This document shows, piece by piece, positions 1 through 11,444 of a stretch of 64,000 nucleotides of DNA. The position numbers and the translations under genes were made by a program. The first letter of the stretch is position 1. Every line of letters starts with the position of its first letter. The notes below the pieces were generated by a model. It made no database searches, had not been told where the DNA came from, and saw nothing but the letters and a program-made list of their open reading frames with translations. Source of the DNA: Tubulanus polymorphus (Eukaryota > Animalia > Nemertea); contig NC_134032.1 in assembly GCF_964204645.1 (NCBI RefSeq), positions 6,002,275 to 6,066,274 on the forward strand. Direction: 5' to 3'.

Positions 1-3000
1 TCTAGCACTCGTGAGCATTATATTCCTCATCACCCGGTTTTCAGGCAGTCATCTACTACTCCGATTCGTATTGTTTTCGATTGCAGCTGTCGACAGTCGA
101 AGTCTTCCGTATCTCTTAATGACTGCCTGGAAGCTGGGTCACCGTTGCTGAACGATATTACTTCTATTTTGATGCGTTTCCGTTTGTTCAATTATGGGAT
201 TGCCACCGATATCGAGAAAGCATTCTTGCAGATTGAATTAAGTCCTGATGATCGTGATTCAACCAGATTTTTTTGGTTGAGTGACTCTAGCGATCCGGAG
301 AGCGAGTTTACTATATATAGATTCAAGCGTATCTTGTTCGGGGCTACATGTTCACCCTTTTTATTGAATAGTTGCATTATAAACCATGAGAAATCATGAG
401 AGTGAACTTTCTCAACAACTTCTGAGAGACATATATGTTGATAACATTGTATCTAGTGTTCCTACTGAGTCAGATGCTTTGCGTTTTTTCCACGGTTCTA
501 GACAAGCTTCTCGGAAGTCAATTTGAATTTACGTTGTTGGTCCTCTCACTCGAAAGAGCTCCAAAAGTTTGCTACTGATCATGGGTATATAGAAAGCTCT
601 ACTGTCGTGAATATTTTTGGTATCAGTTGGGATGTTGAAAAGGATGAATTGTCTTATGTTCCCAAAGTTTTATCATCTGTTTATCCATGCACAAAACGCC
701 TTGTCCTACAGAGAGCTGCAACAGTTTATGATCCACTAGGTCTCCTAGCTCCAGTTACGATTCGAACTAAAATGCTATTGCAGGATATTTGGAAGCAAAA
801 CTTTGACTGGGATGAACCCTTGTCCGTAGAGTTTCGAACTAAATGGCAAACTATACTTGTTGATATTCGTGAGAGTTTAGAGTTGAGTTTCCCTCGTATT
901 GTAAATTGTCATTTACTGGACGGTACAGATTCACCCGTTGAGTTACATGTTACATGTTTTGTGACAGCAGTATCTCCGCTTATGGAGCCGTTGTTTATAT
1001 CCGTTGTGGAAATGAATCAAGTAATTTTGATTGCAAAAGCTAGGGTCGCACCTGTCAAGGAACTCACGGTTCCTAAACTTGAACTTATGGCCGCGTTAAT
1101 TGGTTCGCGATTGATTAAACATGCTTATGATTCTATATCTGTTGTTATTGATTTACCTGTTGGACTCTTTGCGTGGTCCGACAGTCAAATTGTACTTGGC
1201 TGGCTTTGTTCGAACAAGAAGTTGTCTGCTTTTGTTTCTAACCGTGTAAAAGAGATCAAGTCTCTCGTATCAGTTGAAAACTGGCATTATTGTCCTACAG
1301 CTTTCAACTCGGCTGATTTGTTAACAAGAGGTGGTTCAGTTCAAAATTTGAAGTCCGATTTGTGGCTCCATGGTCCGGATTGGTTGGTCAACGATTTATT
1401 TCGTCCTACTCTTGTTGACACGTCAGCGTTGTTACATTCTGATGTAATTAATGATGATTCTATTCATACGAATCCTATCATAGATGTTCCTGGTTCTATT
1501 GATCAAGTGATCAACATTGATGATTACTCGTCTTTGATTGTATTGTTGAGAGTTACGGCTTATGTCCGTCGTTTTATATTTAACCTGAAGTGTCGTGGTG
1601 ATGGACGCGTCACGCATCAACTTCATGCTTCTGAAATCGACGAAGCGGAATGTTTGTGGATTAAACGGCTGCAAGATGTATCGTATCATGACGTGAAAAC
1701 TAACCTTCTTAATGGTTCGAAGAAACGTTGTTCATTAATCGGTCAACTCCATGTGTTCCTTGATGAAAGGGGTATAATTCGTTGTAAGGGACGCATTCAA
1801 AATTCTTCGTTACCTTCTGATATGAAATGTCCTATTCTTATTCCAAAACATTCTCGCTTAGCCGATTTGATAGCACATGACGCACATTTGAGAGTATTTC
1901 ACCTCGGTGTTCCTGCAACGGTCGCTAAGATTAGAGAAAGGTATTGGATAATACAAATTCGTCAGTTCATTAAGTCTCATGTGCGACGTTGCGTGACATG
2001 CCAAAGGTTACAATCTTTGTCATATCGACGGCCTGATTCTCCTGCGTTACCAGAATTCAGGGTGTCTGAACTACCAGCATTTAGTTATACGGGACTGGAT
2101 TACTGTGGTCCTTTTATTGTTAAGGGCAATGTGAAATGTTGGGTTTGTTAATTCACATGCGCGGTTTCGCGCGCTGTGCACATTGAACTTGTTTATAGTA
2201 ATTCTACCGAAGATTTTCTTCTCTCTTTCAGACGTTTCACAGAAAGACGCTCCATACCAAGGCTTCTAATTTCTGACAATCAAACTGCTTTTATTGGAGC
2301 GAACGCTGAACTACGGCGAATTTATCGCGACACCAAAGTACACAATTTTCTTTCTCGGAAAAACGTCGATTGGAAGTTCATAGTGAAACGCGGACCTTGG
2401 TATGGAGGCTTCTGGGAACGGCTGATTGGGCTTACGAAGAGTAGTTTGATGAAGGTACTCGGTAGAACGTCTGTAACTGGTGTCGAGTTGTACACGGTAT
2501 TGTGTGAGATAGAAGCTTGTCTCAATGATCGACCGTTAGTTTACGTATCCAGTGATCTGGAGTCTGAGTCACTGACTCCTTCCCATTTGATGTGGGGACG
2601 ACGCATCACCGCATTGTCAAAATTATGCCCGATCGATAATTTGGAGGATGATGCCGAGTTTGGAAATGATGGGTCAGTCCTAGCCAAAAGGTACTTGCAT
2701 TTAAACAGGCTTCTTGATCATTTTTGGTTGCGTTGGCGCAAGGAGTACTTAACGAACCTTAGAGAATATCATAGGTTTACAGGGGACAATCGTGAGATTG
2801 CTAAACCTGGCTCTGTTGTCATCATACATGATGAAAACGTCCCTCGACTAAGGTGGAAATTAGGAATAATTCAGAAATTGCACAGGGGTAGTGATGGTTT
2901 AGTAAGATCCGCCACTGTCAAAACCGCTACTGGTGTAACTAGTAGGCCCATTTCAAGGTTATATCCACTTGAGATTGATACCACCATTGAAGAGAACAAA

Positions 3001-3105
3001 GCTTGTTCAGATCCGGTTGACACAGATCAAGTAGCTTCTAGACCTGTCCGTAGAGCTGCAGAGTTAGCTAAACTTAAGATCAATCAGTATTTTGCTAATA
3101 ATTGA
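1..3105 (+). pseudogene. pol: BEL/Pao pol (RT, RNase H/peptidase A17 region, integrase, DUF5641-like tail), interrupted by stops/frameshifts near 399, ~520, ~950-1020 and 2151
   Basis: DIEKAFLQI and FGATCSPFLL (RT); YDPLGLLAP, AKARVAP..LTVPKLEL, WSDSQIVLGWL; HHCC and GLDYCGPF; ISDNQTAF, GPWYGGFWERLIG, FWLRWRKEYL, RPISRLYPLE. Confidence 0.95.
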
Positions 3106-3201
3106 TAACTAGAGACTATTTTGTATTTGTATGTATTTGTTTGATCATGTTTATATAATGCTCAATTGTTAGTCTATTTCTAGATTTCTTCGCTGGCGGA
3201 G

Positions 3202-3432
3202 TGTCGTGACTCGCACGATAGTGTTTAAGCCCCGTCAACACACATTGAGTTCTCAGTCACAAATCTCAATCGCTGTCACATATCGTTGAATTTCTATAGA
3301 TAAATCAAGATATATCAAGTCATATGTTATGAATAAAACTCAGATCGTGTCTGTATTCCAAGCAGTACTGTGTTTCTCTCTATCTCTCTTATGTGGTGTC
3401 GGCGATCTCATACTGGCATGTATTTCACCACA
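3202..3432 (+). repeat. 3' LTR of the BEL element (231 bp)
   Basis: starts TGTCGTGA after GCTGGCGGAG (PPT-like), ends TCACCACA (7/8 inverted match), AATAAA at ~3332; partner LTR not in window. Confidence 0.75.
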
Positions 3433-3587
3433 TACGAAAGAGAATTGGCTCGGGCCATCCGTAATTTCAATCACACTGTGATTAACAATTTCCTTCAACA
3501 GAAGCAAATTTTGTGGCACTTTTCCCCACCATACGCCTCACACTTTGGGGGTGTATGAGAGAGATTAGTTAAGTCAGTAAAGAGATC
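3433..3587 (+). pseudogene. fragment of an older, different BEL/Pao integrase
   Basis: reads YERELARAIRNFNHTVINNFLQQKQILWHFSPPYASHFGGV*ERLVKSVKRS, the BEL integrase WxFxPPxAxHxGGxWERLV motif. Confidence 0.85.
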
Positions 3588-3734
3588 ATAGGGAATATGG
3601 GGGTTCAGATCAAAGGTCGAGAGGTCGAGTTCATAAAAATGAAAAATAAATCCTCGCACACTCGAATTTATTTTTCATTTTTATGAATTCGCCCTCTCAA
3701 CCTTTAATCTGAACCCCATATTCCCTATTACTCT
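3581..3734. repeat. left terminal inverted repeat folded into a ~150-bp imperfect hairpin
   Basis: ATAGGGAATATGGGGGTTCAGATCAAAGGTCGAGAGGTCGAGTTCATAAAAATGAAAAATAAAT is followed after ~15 nt by its near reverse complement ending CCCTATTACTCT. Confidence 0.85.
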
Positions 3735-3792
3735 TAAAATATTAATCTAAATAACTTCTAAAATCAATTTTAATAAAAAATTGGATATTCAA

Positions 3793-3965
3793 ATGGAATC
3801 AAATAAGTACTACTGTTCAACATGTAAAATTGATTTAGATACATCTCAAAAAGCAAGACATGATAAAACTAAAACACACTTAGAAAATAAATTAAAGTTG
3901 TAATATAAAGATAATACATTAGAAACTAAATTAGATGAATTAGAGAATGAAAAAGAAATATATAA
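3793..3965 (+). pseudogene. polB: pPolB segment 1 (N-terminal C2H2/U1-type zinc finger)
   Basis: MESNKYYCSTCKIDLDTSQKARHDKTKTHLEN; frame continues after the insertion at 9925. Confidence 0.7.
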
Positions 3966-4024
3966 ATATAGCTGCAAAGCAGCGATAACGGGTTTTCTGC
4001 ACAGTCTTTGAATCCTGTTCAACG

Positions 4025-4256
4025 GTGGATTTTGACGAAGCATTTGATAAGGCACAACATCAGCCATTACTTAACAGGCTATTAGGAAACAGTTTCAATG
4101 ATAGGTCGCGCAAATGGCTCAGCAGTTATCTCTGAACGAAAACTTGTAGCTGATATCAACGGAACGCCTCATCTTGGAATAAGTCGGTCAAACTAGTGGA
4201 GTCACGCAAGGTAGTATCCTAAGTTGTCTTCTGTTTATTGTCCTGGCAAATGGCAT
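4025..4256 (+). pseudogene. non-LTR (CR1/L2-like) reverse transcriptase fragment
   Basis: VDFDEAFDKAQHQPLLNRL..KWLSSYL / RKLVADING / SGVTQGSILSCLLFI correspond to the LDFSKAFD..H and GVPQGSILGPLLF motifs. Confidence 0.8.
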
Positions 4257-4304
4257 ACACAGTAATCCAACATATACCAGACCGCGTAAATTTCCAAATC
4301 GACC

Positions 4305-4835
4305 TTAACACGCTGTACGACCAAAAAACTTAATGTTCCAACAAGAAAATCTTGTTCGAATGAAAATAATTCTGTTTGATCGAACAATACGCTTTTTGCT
4401 TGAACCAAAAATTTTCTTCATTCTGACAAAAAATGTGTTCGAATAAAAAGCTATGTTATTGTTGAAATGAAAAAAAATTTGGTTGAGCGAAAACAATTTT
4501 TTTCGAACGAATGTTTGAATGAAAACAATTCTGTTCGATTGAACGAAATACTTAATACTTTCGGTTCGGAGAAAAAACTTTTTTCAATATACTTGTTCGA
4601 ACGAAAAACTTAATGTTCTGACAAGAAAATTCTGTTCAAATTAAAACGATTCTGTTCAATCGAATGATTGTTCGAACGAAAAACCTTTCGTTTGGACAGA
4701 AAAAAGTTTGTTCAACTTTGTTCTAACGATTTTTTCAAATTGGTTCAATTGTATAGAATATTATTGGTTCGAACGAAATAAATTTTGTTCCGACGAAAGA
4801 ATTTTCAAGCGAAAGGTCTTTTGAACGAAAAAAAA
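4305..4835. repeat. degenerate short-unit repeat rich in TGTTCGAACGAA
   Basis: many imperfect copies of GTTCGAACGA / TTCTGTTC motifs. Confidence 0.55.
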
Positions 4836-5058
4836 AGATATTTCTGGTGCTCCGCAGTAACTTAAAGCCAGACGTAGGTTGTTCTTGTGACACGATGCGA
4901 TCCTCGCGTTGCATCGCAAAATTCGATGCAAGTCACTTGCAATACGATTGTGTGCGACTAGTTTCTGCCAGTCGCAAGAGCGCGTCGGTTGGTTGTGACA
5001 GTCGTGTCGCGTCGCAGAAAGTAGAACACGTACGACTCCATGTGACTGGCGTTGTTGA

Positions 5059-5200
5059 AAGATGAGGACTGAGTTTCAAGTCGTCAAAACGTCACGATAT
5101 GTCGACATATTCATGACGAATTGATGCGATATATCGACATAAATATGGCGACTTGTCGAGTTGGAACGCAACAACTCGAGGCCCTTTATCGCTTCCGTAG
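5059..5200. repeat. partial copy (one arm) of the 5296-5711 MITE
   Basis: ends CTCGAGGCCCTTTATCGCTTCCGTAG, near identical to 5687-5711. Confidence 0.7.
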
Positions 5201-5295
5201 ATCTTTCATTAAGTAGGATCACTTGAATGATCGCTTTAATATCACTTTAAAAAAAAGGGATCTGCCAAAATGACCTTAATATTCGACACTATATC

Positions 5296-5711
5296 TACGG
5301 AAGCGATAAGGGGCCTCGAGATGACGCGTTCCAACTCGACAAGTCGCCATATTATTGTCGACTTGATGCGATATATCGCGTCAAGTCGACATGAATATGT
5401 CGATATATCGTGACGTTTTGACGACATATTTCGTTTTCTCAACCATTTTCCTCGCGACAAGTCGACATATTCATGACGACTTGAAACTCAGTCGTCATAT
5501 TACTGGCGTCCTCATCTTACATTTAGACATGTCTTCAAATGACGGCTTGTCCCGTGGAAAATGAGCAAATAAGCGAAATTTGTCGTGAAAACGTCACGAT
5601 ATGTAGACATATTCATGTGGACTTGACACGATATATCGCGATATATCGACATAAATATGGCGACTTGTCGAGTTTGAACGCGACGACTCGAGGCCCTTTA
5701 TCGCTTCCGTA
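5296..5711. mobile_element. MITE with long imperfect TIRs
   Basis: TACGGAAGCGATAAGGGGCCTCGAG ... CTCGAGGCCCTTTATCGCTTCCGTA, flanked by direct repeat CTATATC. Confidence 0.75.
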
Positions 5712-5827
5712 CTATATCAGATTAATCGACTTATAGGCGAAAGATAGGCTATATCAGACTAATAGGCGAAAGCATAAGTCTTTATTACGTTATTAATTGG
5801 CCTAATTATTCAAAAGCTAATAATGTA

Positions 5828-8522
5828 GGCGACAAAACCAAAAAAATTAATTGTCGCGGGCGATAAAACCAAAATAATCAATTGTCGCGGGCGATAAAAC
5901 CAAAATAATAAATTGTCGCAGACGATAAAACCAAAATAATGAATTGTCGCAGGCGATAAAACCAAAATATTGAAGTGTCGCAGGCGATAAAACCGTGACA
6001 AAAAGAAGAAAAAAAATTGTCGCGGGCGATAAAACCAAAATAATGAATTGTCGCGGGCGATAAAACCAAAATATTGAATTGTCGTGGGTGACAAAACCAA
6101 AATATTGTTTTGTCGCGGTGATAAAACCAAATTAATGAATTGTCGCGGGCGATAAAACCAAAATAATGAATTGTCGCGGGCGATAAAACCAAAATAATGA
6201 ATTGTCGCTGGCGATAAAACCAAAATATTGAATTGTCGCGGGCTACAAATCCAAAATCATGAATTGTCGCGGGCGACAAAAACAAAATATTCAATTGCCG
6301 CAGGCGACAAAACCAAACTAATGAATTGTCGTGGGCGATAAAACCAAAATAATGAATTGTCGCAGGCGATAAAACCAAGATATTGAAGTGTCGCAGGCGA
6401 CAAAACCGCGACAAAAAGAAAAAAAAATTGTCGCGGGCGATAAAACCAAAATAATGAATTGTCGCGGGCGATAAAACCAAAATATTGAATTGTCGTGGGC
6501 GACAAATCCAAAAAATGAATTGTCGCGGGCGATAAAACCAAAATCTTGAATTGTCGCTATTGTCGCGTGCGACAAAACCAAAATAATGAATTGTCGCGGG
6601 CGATAAAACCAAAATATTGAATTGTCGTGGGCGACAAAACCAAAATATTGTTTTGTCGCGGGTGATAAAACCAAATTAATGAATTGTCCTGGGCGATAAA
6701 ACCAAAATAATGAATTGTCGCGGGCGATAAAACCAAAATATTGAATTGTCGTGGGCGACAAAACCAAAATATTGTTTTGTCGCGGGTGACAAAACCAAAT
6801 TAATGAATTGTCGCGGGCGATAAAACCAAAATAATGAATTGTCGCTGACGATAAAACCAAAAAAATGAATTGTCGCGGGCGATAAAACCAAAATAATAAA
6901 TTGTCGCAGACGATAAAACCAAAAAAATGAATTTTCGCGGGCGATAAAACCAAAATCATGAATTGTCGCGGGCGAAAAAAACAAAATATTCAATTGTCGC
7001 GGGCGACAAAACCAAACTAATGATTTGTCGCGGGCGATAAAACCAAAATAATGAATTGTCGCAGGCGATAAAACCAAAATATTGAAGTGTCGCAGGCGAT
7101 TAAACCGTGACAAAAAGAAAAAAAAATTGTTGCGGGCGATAAAACCAAAATAATGAATTGTCGCGGGCGATAAAACCAAAATATTGAATTGTCGTGGGCG
7201 ACAAATCCAAAAAATGAATTGTCGCGGGCGATAAAACCAAAATCTTGAATTGTCGCTATTGTCGCGTGCGACAAAACCAAAATAATGAATTGTCGCGGGC
7301 GATAAAACCAAAATAATGAATTGTCGCGGGCGATAAAACCAAAATATTGAATTGTCGTGGGCGACAAAACCAAAATATTGTTTTGTCGCGGTGATAAAAC
7401 CAAATTAATGAATTGTCGCGGGCGATAAAACCAAAATAATGAATTGTCGCGGGCGATAAAACCAAAATATTGAATTGTCGTGGGCGACAAAACCAAAATA
7501 TTGTTTTGTCGCGGGTGACAAAACCAAATTAATGAATTGTCGCGGGCGATAAAACCAAAATAATGAATTGTCGCGGGCGATAAAACCAAAATAATGAATT
7601 GTCGCTGGCGATAAAACCAAAATATTGAATTGTCGCGGGCGACAAATCCAAAATCATGAATTGTCGCGGGCGACAAAAACAAAATATTCAATTGTCGCGG
7701 GCGACAAAACCAAACTAATGAATTGTCGCGGGCGATAAAACCAAAATAATGAATTGTCGCAGGCGATAAAACCAAAATATTGAAGTGTCGCAGGCGATAA
7801 AACCGCGACAAAAAGAAAAAAAAAATTGTCGCGGGCGATAAAACCAAAATAATGAATTGTCGCGGGCGATAAAACCAAAATATTGAATTGTCGTGGGCGA
7901 CAAATCCAAAAAATGAATTGTCGCGGGCGATAAAACCAAAATCTTGAATTGTCGCTATTGTCGCGTGCGACAAAACCAAAATAATGAATTGTCGCGGGCG
8001 ATAAAACCAAAATAATGAATTGTCGCGGGCGATAAAACCAAAATATTGAATTGTCGTGGGCGACAAAACCAAAATATTGTTTTGTCGCGGGTGATAAAAC
8101 CAAATTAATGAATTGTCCCGGGCGATAAAACCAAAATAATGAATTGTCGCGGGCGATAAAACCAAAATATTGAATTGTCGTGGGCGACAAAACCAAAATA
8201 TTGTTTTGTCGCGGGTGACAAAACCAAATTAATGAATTGTCGCGGGCGATAAAACCAAAATAATGAATTGTCGCGGGCGATAAAACCAAAATAATGAATT
8301 GTCGCTGGCGATAAAACCAAAATGTTGAATTGTCGCGGGCGACAAATCCAAAAGATGAATTGTCGCGGCAGAAAAACCAAAATCTTGAATTGTCGCGGGT
8401 GACAAAACCAAATTAATGAATTGTCGCGGGCGATAAAACCAAAATAATGAATTGTCGCGGGCGATAAAACCAAAATAATGAATTGTCGCGGGCGACAAAA
8501 CCAAAATTATTGATTTGTCGCG
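5828..8522. repeat. 31-bp minisatellite (~87 units) with ~700-bp higher-order periodicity
   Basis: unit GAATTGTCGCGGGCGATAAAACCAAAATAAT; variant TGTCGCTATTGTCGCGTGCGAC recurs at ~6552, 7251, 7950. Confidence 0.97.
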
Positions 8523-9924
8523 TTATTTTAGTTTTGTCGTTTTGTCATAATGTCGCCCTCATTTGCATATACGTGTTTTTTTTTACGCATGGCCCTTATC
8601 AGCCACCATACTAAAGCCTTAAGGTCGCGTATCGAGTTTTACGCTAAAACTCGATAAACACTTCAAGCGACACAGCGAACGATCTCCTTTCCCCCACAGC
8701 GAAAGCTAAACCTAGTAGAGGCTACTAGCCTATGTAGGCCTATGTATATGCGTAGGCCTAACATCCGGACAGATTGGTCGTAGGCCTATTGAATTTAACA
8801 ACCCACCTAAATATCTTTTTTTTAAATAATTAATTTTGTTTTGAAGTTCAATCCAATGAGTCCGTTAATAAACGCAACAATTGTACTGTGTTTGTTTGAT
8901 ACAGTAAAGCTCAGTACCGGTAGGCCTAAAGCCGCGTCAAACTCGATAAACACTTCAAGCGACACAGCGAACGATCCCTTTCCCCCACAGCGAACGCTTA
9001 CTCCGAATGTCAAGTGTGAGTCCAGCATACGGATAGGAGTGTGTTATATACTTGTATTTAGTAAACACCTTGTGCATTTGACAATGATCGGTATGTACTG
9101 TAAGAAATATAGAGTATTGATGGTATTGATATAGAGGTTGAAGCCCGCGGCCGAATAAAGTAATATATTCTTTTATTTTGATACCTCGTCGACATAACAG
9201 TTTTTCTCCGCTATATCTCTTCGGCGTGTTTAGTTTAGGCCTACGATTCCCCGGTACACTAAAGATTTATCTTAGTAAATACACGGTTAATTCGGTAAAG
9301 AAAAATAGAAATTGTTGTACTAACTCCTTGAAACCCGCAGCCAAATCACTGGTAGTAATAAATTAATTTAATACTCGATTTGATTCTCATGATGAGGAGA
9401 AACTCGCAGCTGATCCCCGGAACGACGTAACACACGTCGATTCGTCGATGTTTACGGCTCGACAGTGCTTTTAAAATCTAAAGTAGTAAATTTCCAGTGT
9501 ATCGGTAATATGATTTGATGAGGAAAATGGGCTATTGTAAAAATCACTGTTTGAAGACCGCGACTGAATTTGAAGTCTGCGGCAATAAATTAGTTCATTT
9601 ATACTTGAATTGATAATCGAAGTGACAGTCGGCCTGCGGGTTGATTTCGGGATGATGACTCGAAAAACATGTCGCCCCATTGAATGGGGCTAAATTTTCG
9701 ATGTTTACGGCCCGACAGCGCTTTTGTAACGATGATTCGTGAAAAAACACGCGGGCTATTTGTAGATCTCAGTAAGCTGAACGATATTATATGGATTGTA
9801 TATGAAACAGCGGTAAGGTAACAAAGCCTATGTTCTTTTGGTAAAAATAGTGTGGAAGAAATAATAATAATAATAATCACGCGGATATCAATAGGGTTTT
9901 CTGTGAAATAACAGAAAACCCAAA

Positions 9925-11444
9925 ATATGACACATGTAATCAATCATTCAGTAACAAAAGATATTATAAAGAACATTTAAAGTCTAAAACGTCATATTAG
10001 AAATATGAATAATGATATTTTAGGTGAAGATTATTTTGATAATGATAATGATAAGAAACAGAAGACAATTAAAAGAATAGAAAATAAAATAAACAATAAA
10101 AGGCTATACATGGAAGATGTAAGAAATTACATTAATTCATAAGATAATAGAAAAGAAATAGAAATAACCGAAGCATTTAAAAGCGATATTGGACCAGCTG
10201 CTAGTGCATTTAAATTTCATAAAGGTAAAACATTAGAAGAAAATAAAAAATATTTTGAAAATATGAAAAATATTAAAAGAATAATTACTGATGTTGAATA
10301 CCCTAAAATTAGTATATCTTCTAAAGTAAAATTTTTAAAATCTGAAGATAAACCAAAATATAATATGAATTCCCATCCACAACATATCATATCTAAACAA
10401 CACATAGATGATAGATTAAATAAATGTTATAATGAAATAAAAAGTAAAATAGAAGAGAAATATTTTGAAGGATCAGGTTTAATATTTGATGAAATAATAT
10501 TTATGACTTAACAAAGTTAACTAAATCAAAACCAATTGATGAAAATAATTTATCATATTATATAAAGATGATAATATAAATGGATCAAGTTATATCAAAT
10601 TACCATTTAAAACTAAAGCTGTTATAAATGTACAAAATGAAGATGATAAATGTTTTCTATGGTCAATTATAAGTTGCTTACATCCTGCAACTGATAATTT
10701 GTAGAATATCAAATTAGAAATCATTTGAAAATAATTATAAGATAGACAATTATCCTGTTAGAATTAAAAATATCCCAAAAATAGAAAGAGATAATAATAC
10801 ATTGTATAAAGATAAATGTGTTTGATTAATCAAATTACCAAAAACAAAAGGCAATAAAATTGAACATTTTACATTAGAGCCTTTATACCTATCAAAAGAT
10901 TATGATTCAAATGGTGTTATAGATATATTATATTATGAGAAACATTATATGTGGATTAAACAAATTATTAAACAATTTATTTTTAGAACAGAAAATGATC
11001 ACCATAAAATATATCTATGTAGAAAATGTATAACTAAATTCAATAATGAAAGGGCATTATTAAATCATAAGCAATTATGTGATAATCATGATTATTGTAA
11101 AATAGTTTTACCAAATGAAAAGGATAAAGTATTAGAATTCAAAAATATAATTACAAGAATAAAGTGCCATTTGTAATATATGGAGATTTTGAATCATTAA
11201 ATAAAGAATTAACTGATCAAGATTGAAAAGAAATATGTTATAAAAGAAAGAAATTAAATTCTAATGAAAATGATGTAATTGATTATTCAGATCCTCTAAT
11301 AACAAATACTATTAAAAAGATTCATCAATCAGCTGCAGCCTTTGGATTATATATAAAATCTGATTATCCAGAACTAATTAAAAGTGAATATTATCATTAT
11401 AGAAATGAAAATGTTATCAATCATTTTTGTGACTTATTAATTGA
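9925..11444 (+). pseudogene. polB: pPolB segment 2 (second zinc finger, N-terminal domain, exonuclease I motif)
   Basis: EGSG; GSSYIKLP..KAVINVQNEDDKCFLWSIISCLHP; CRKC..HKQLC; VPFVIYGDFES; several frameshifts. Confidence 0.9.

Larger units (their letters stand above)
1..3432 (+). mobile_element. BEL/Pao LTR retrotransposon, 3' portion (5' end outside window)
   Basis: pol with RT-RNaseH-integrase order and BEL motifs, followed by a purine-rich tract and a TG...CA LTR. Confidence 0.95.
3966..9924 (-). mobile_element. Helentron/Helitron2-type non-autonomous element (HINE-like) with nested cargo
   Basis: minus strand begins TTGGGTTTTCTG..CAGAAAACCC (subTIR plus hairpin, then (TTA)n) and ends CAGAAAACCC-GTTATC-GCTGCTTTGCAGC-TAT (subTIR plus 3' stem-loop); no TSD, inserted in an A/T run; same termini at 14190-14694. 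Confidence 0.8.

Noticed and set aside
5810-8504. Long overlapping minus-strand ORFs (up to 382 aa)
   Set aside because: Artefacts of a stop-poor 31-bp repeat read in all three frames
5828-8522. CRISPR array
   Set aside because: Palindromic ~31-bp units are contiguous with no unique spacers, there are no cas genes, and the context is eukaryotic
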